Of a DNA stretch of 64,000 nt, positions 61,416-64,000 are shown in pieces. The stretch is from contig DATEEA010000180.1 of the NCBI GenBank assembly GCA_035281445.1, positions 4,909-68,908 on the forward strand, given 5' to 3'. The stretch comes from Candidatus Polarisedimenticolia bacterium. GTDB lineage: Bacteria; Acidobacteriota; Polarisedimenticolia; JACPZX01; DASXTC01. A model generated the notes under the pieces. The model ran no database searches and had not been told where the DNA came from. It saw only the letters and a list, made by a program, of their open reading frames with translations. How positions within the stretch are numbered: the first letter of the stretch is position 1; each line of letters begins with the position of its first letter. A program made the position numbers and the translations under genes.

Positions 61416-61799
61416 ATGCGCACCACCGTCCGGCCCGCCCCAAAAAGGGTCCTCGTCGTGGAGGACGACCCTTCCGTGCGGGAGCTCGTCTGCCGCATCC
61501 TGGCGGACCAGGGGTACGAGGTGGACGCTGCGGCCGACGGCGGGACGGCCCTGCGCAAGGCGCGCGGGGCCCGGTACCATGCCGTGCTCCTCGATCTCAT
61601 CCTCCCCGATGCGGACGGGGTCATCCTGCACGCCCGGCTGAGGAAGCTGGCGCCCGCCCTGGATCGGCGGACGATCTTCATGACCGGGTTCACCTCCCGC
61701 GAGCCGGTGGTGGAGTACCTCCGGTCCCTGGGCGCGGGGTTCCTGCACAAGCCCTTCGGGCCCGAGGAGCTCCTGGCCGCTCTGCGCGGCATCTCCTGA
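61416..61799 (+). CDS. Single-domain response regulator (CheY-like receiver)
   Basis: REC 'RVLVVEDDPSVREL...VLLDLILPDADG...FLHKPF'. ATG 61416 has 'gggag' 7 nt upstream and a TTGACC-16-TAGATT promoter. Track TTG 61236 and ATG 61395 are alternatives; the 5' extension is Gly/Arg/Ser-rich. Confidence 0.7.
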   Translation: MRTTVRPAPKRVLVVEDDPSVRELVCRILADQGYEVDAAADGGTALRKARGARYHAVLLDLILPDADGVILHARLRKLAPALDRRTIFMTGFTSREPVVEYLRSLGAGFLHKPFGPEELLAALRGIS

Positions 61800-61809
61800 C
61801 GAGACACGA

Positions 61810-62202
61810 TCACTGGGGGAGCGTGGACGCCGGCTTGAAGGTGAGGCCGGAGAGCAGCGGCACGCCCTCGGGCAGGAGATCGCAGTCGTCCCAGGTGCCG
61901 CCGTTGGCCTCGAGTCGATCGATCAGCTCGAGCAGGAGAGCCATCCGGGCCAGGGCTTGCCTGCCCTCCATGGTGCCGCCGTCGGCCAGAACCTTGTTGG
62001 CGCTGGCTTCCATCAGCTCCTCCAGGCTTTCACGCAGGCTGATCATGGCCACCTCCTCGAATGTGACGGGCCGACCACCCTTCGTCGCTTCTTGCTCGAC
62101 GCCCTCCATCCAGGCTTGCCCCCTCCCTTGCATGTTGGATGCCATCCGGGCGTGAAGGTTCCTTGCGGGGAGGTCTCCATCCCGGATCAGGCTCTGCTCC
62201 AT
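61810..62202 (-). CDS. Hypothetical protein (about 130 aa)
   Basis: Normal, Glu/Met/Leu-containing composition ('MEQSLIRDGDLPARNLHARMASNMQ...ALARMALLLELIDRLEANGGTWDDCDLL'), unlike shadow ORFs. Start ambiguous: ATG 62202 chosen; the track TTG 62283 adds a Pro/Arg-rich 27 aa. No domain recognised. Confidence 0.4.
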   Translation of the reverse strand: MEQSLIRDGDLPARNLHARMASNMQGRGQAWMEGVEQEATKGGRPVTFEEVAMISLRESLEELMEASANKVLADGGTMEGRQALARMALLLELIDRLEANGGTWDDCDLLPEGVPLLSGLTFKPASTLPQ

Positions 62203-62311
62203 CGACTTACGGTCCCGCCGAACCCTGCCCGGCGGGGGCAGGAGGTCGCGGGGGGGCGTCCTGTATTCCGGAGAAGTGGACAAGTCCGTGGGGCGCGCGG
62301 AGCGCGACAGG

Positions 62312-63277
62312 TCAGAAGACCGGAAGGCTGAGCCGGGAAAGATGGTCGGCGTCGTACTCTTCCTTGAACCGGGCGATGTCCCAGGCCAGGTCGGCGCACA
62401 CCTGCTCGATCATCCTGGCTCCGTCGAGCAGCGCGGCCTCCGACCCGCCGACGCGTCCGGGCGTGAGGATGCCGCGGCTCTGCAGCCGCTCGCGCCGTCC
62501 CAGGAAACGGCTGCGGTTGAACCGCAGGTACCCCGCCTCCATCACGCGACGCTCTCTCTCGCTGGGGAACATCAGCGCGTAGTCGGGCACCAGCAGGTAG
62601 TCGCGGTTCTCGGGGCGGCTCCCGGGAAGGATCACCACGGGTGGGATGGCCCGCAGGGTGGGGGAGTTGATCCGTCTGTAGTGCCCTCCCGCGTCGCGGA
62701 CCTCGAACGGCCTGGCCGGCCGATCGTACAGGTTGGGGAAGCCGACCCGATCCAGGACGTGATAGAGCAGGCCGCCCAGGTGCGCTCCCACCAGCAGCAG
62801 CTTCGCGGACGAGGAGGCCAGCCGGCCGTAGGGGCTCTTCTCGCCGAAGGGGGTCTCGCACGCCTCATGCCCTTCCACCAGGTCCCGCGCCATCTGCCCG
62901 ACGCACGCGACCGAGGCCAGAGGATGGAGGCTGCGCAGCGCGGAAGGCATCGTCCGCACCGCCTCGGAGACCAGCCCGGAGCGCGAGGGGCTCGCCGCGA
63001 CGTCGAAGACCTCGGCCGGATCGTGCCGCGCCGGCTCGGCCGAGGGCCAGGCCGCCATCATCAGGGTCCCTTCCGTCCCGATCACGTCCAGGATCGCCCC
63101 GGCCACCTCCGCCGGCCCCCCCGTCACGTAGCCGATGCGCCTCATGGAGACGTGGGCGTACACACGATCGCCGGCCGACAGGCCGAGGCGGACGAGGGCC
63201 TCGCGGATCTCCTCCCTGCCGATGCGCTTGAAGACGCGGTTGTTGAGGGATTGGATGCGACGGCTGACGAAGCTCAT
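62312..63277 (-). CDS. Aminoglycoside N(3)-acetyltransferase family protein (AAC(3)/Antibiotic_NAT fold)
   Basis: 321 aa. 'GDRVYAHVSMRRIGYVTGGPAEVAGAILDVIGTEGTLMMAAWPS' matches the AAC(3) signature 'GD.V.VHSS...G...GG......AL...G..GTL.MP.WS'. Downstream 'RSLHPLASVACVG' and 'LLVGAHLG' also match. Substrate cannot be inferred. Confidence 0.6.
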   Translation of the reverse strand: MSFVSRRIQSLNNRVFKRIGREEIREALVRLGLSAGDRVYAHVSMRRIGYVTGGPAEVAGAILDVIGTEGTLMMAAWPSAEPARHDPAEVFDVAASPSRSGLVSEAVRTMPSALRSLHPLASVACVGQMARDLVEGHEACETPFGEKSPYGRLASSSAKLLLVGAHLGGLLYHVLDRVGFPNLYDRPARPFEVRDAGGHYRRINSPTLRAIPPVVILPGSRPENRDYLLVPDYALMFPSERERRVMEAGYLRFNRSRFLGRRERLQSRGILTPGRVGGSEAALLDGARMIEQVCADLAWDIARFKEEYDADHLSRLSLPVF

Positions 63278-63348
63278 CTCGGCCTCGGAGGGCCCTCCGG
63301 CGCCCTGGCGCGCGATGATAGCACGCTCGCACGAGCCGCCTTGAGGCC

Positions 63349-64000
63349 CTAGCGCCAGTCCACCGCGACGCGGTACTCCAGCACGGCCTCGGCCGACGGC
63401 GCCACGGGGATCTGGAACTCGATGGTGAACGCATCGAGCTTGGCGTGGGGATGGCTGGCCTGGAGGATCTTCCAGTCCCCTGCGACCGGCTCCCTGACCG
63501 TCACCGTGACCGGCTCGTCCTTGTGGTTGCGGATCCGGATCTGGAAGGCCACCTCGGCGTCGTACCGGCCGGCGCTGACGGCGCGGAAGTCGGTCTGGGT
63601 GCGATCGGCCACCACGTCGAAGGCGTCGCCCACGTGCAGGGTGACCTTCTCGTCCTCGGGGGTGTGCTTGACGAGGTCCTCCCCGATGAACTGCAGGCTC
63701 CCCGAAGCGTCCTTCTTGTAGAGCCGGGCGATCCCTCCCGGCAGGGGCATCCCCAGGCCGTTGTTCTTCGTGTTGGCCAGCTCCAGCTCCACGGCCACCT
63801 TCCTGTCCGTCCCGAGCTGCCCCAGCCGTCCGCGGTAGAACCCTGGCTGGCCCGCCAACAGGAAGATCTTCTTCACCGGCACCCCCGTCCCTTCCAGGAG
63901 CTGGATCTGCTTGGTCTGCCGGTCCTTGATGGTGGCGGGGCGCTCCAGGGTGTAGAGGTGGTACTCGAAGAAGGACTCCTCGGCGAAGGCCTTCTCGTCC
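63349..64000 (-). CDS. DUF4139 domain protein (MuiA-like), 5'-truncated by the window edge
   Basis: Open reading frame continues without a stop to position 64000 ('...FEYHLYTLERPATIKDRQTKQIQLLEG...'). 'MPLPGGIARLYKKDASGSLQFIGEDLVKHTPEDEKVTLHVGDAFDV' matches the DUF4139 core. Confidence 0.6.
   Translation of the reverse strand, partial: DEKAFAEESFFEYHLYTLERPATIKDRQTKQIQLLEGTGVPVKKIFLLAGQPGFYRGRLGQLGTDRKVAVELELANTKNNGLGMPLPGGIARLYKKDASGSLQFIGEDLVKHTPEDEKVTLHVGDAFDVVADRTQTDFRAVSAGRYDAEVAFQIRIRNHKDEPVTVTVREPVAGDWKILQASHPHAKLDAFTIEFQIPVAPSAEAVLEYRVAVDWR

Noticed and set aside
61220-62155. 311-aa plus-strand ORF and 61319-61813 (-), 61374-61748 (-) overlapping the receiver gene; 62187-62861 (-), 62276-63352 (+), 62865-63434 (-) around the acetyltransferase gene
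   Set aside because: Off-frame or antisense, Arg/Gly/Pro-rich. The supported genes are the REC domain (+) and the AAC(3)-like protein (-).
1-64000. Search for CRISPR arrays, rRNA/tRNA genes, IS elements, integrases or prophage genes
   Set aside because: No direct-repeat/spacer periodicity, no tRNA-like cloverleaf candidates in the few intergenic regions, and no transposase/integrase/recombinase-like translations were seen. The window appears to be core chromosome.

Overview
This is a 64-kb, very GC-rich (about 70%) chromosomal segment that is densely packed with protein-coding genes, most of them on the minus strand. I support about 48 CDSs. I found no rRNA, tRNA, CRISPR array, transposase or integrase. 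The many TPR proteins, the TonB-dependent receptors with a carboxypeptidase-regulatory-like N-terminus, an ASPIC/UnbV protein and other gene content suggest an Acidobacteriota- or Gemmatimonadota-like soil bacterium; this is an inference.

Housekeeping genes are mutS2, an AI-2E transporter, pgsA, miaA-hfq, folB, an RluA/RluD-type pseudouridine synthase, ogt, an M24 peptidase, an SSS symporter, a D-aminoacylase and a class-V aminotransferase. Envelope and signalling genes are interspersed among them: two TonB-dependent receptors, three paralogous hybrid histidine kinases, several large TPR proteins (one fused to an S41 protease, one to an ENPP-like phosphodiesterase, one to FG-GAP/ASPIC), a tandem-DsbA lipoprotein, two paralogous small outer-membrane barrels, a sigma-70 family factor and an orphan receiver.

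Many junctions are 1- or 4-nt start/stop overlaps (ATGA, GTGA, TTGA, TGATG), which define operons. Because of the GC content, almost every real gene has long Arg/Gly/Pro/Ala-rich antisense or off-frame shadow ORFs in the supplied track. I rejected these and trimmed several over-extended N-termini to internal starts that have signal peptides or SD-like motifs. One small FmdB-type zinc-ribbon gene (33079-33243) is missing from the track.

The most interesting pattern is that each of the three paralogous hybrid kinases sits next to a large exported TPR-containing protein. One of these loci is a co-directional cluster of TonB receptor, PF04392-like periplasmic binding protein, HAMP hybrid kinase and ENPP/TPR phosphodiesterase. 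CDS boundaries come from the ORF track; coordinates derived only from motif positions (promoters, hairpin, the FmdB CDS) may be off by 1 nt.
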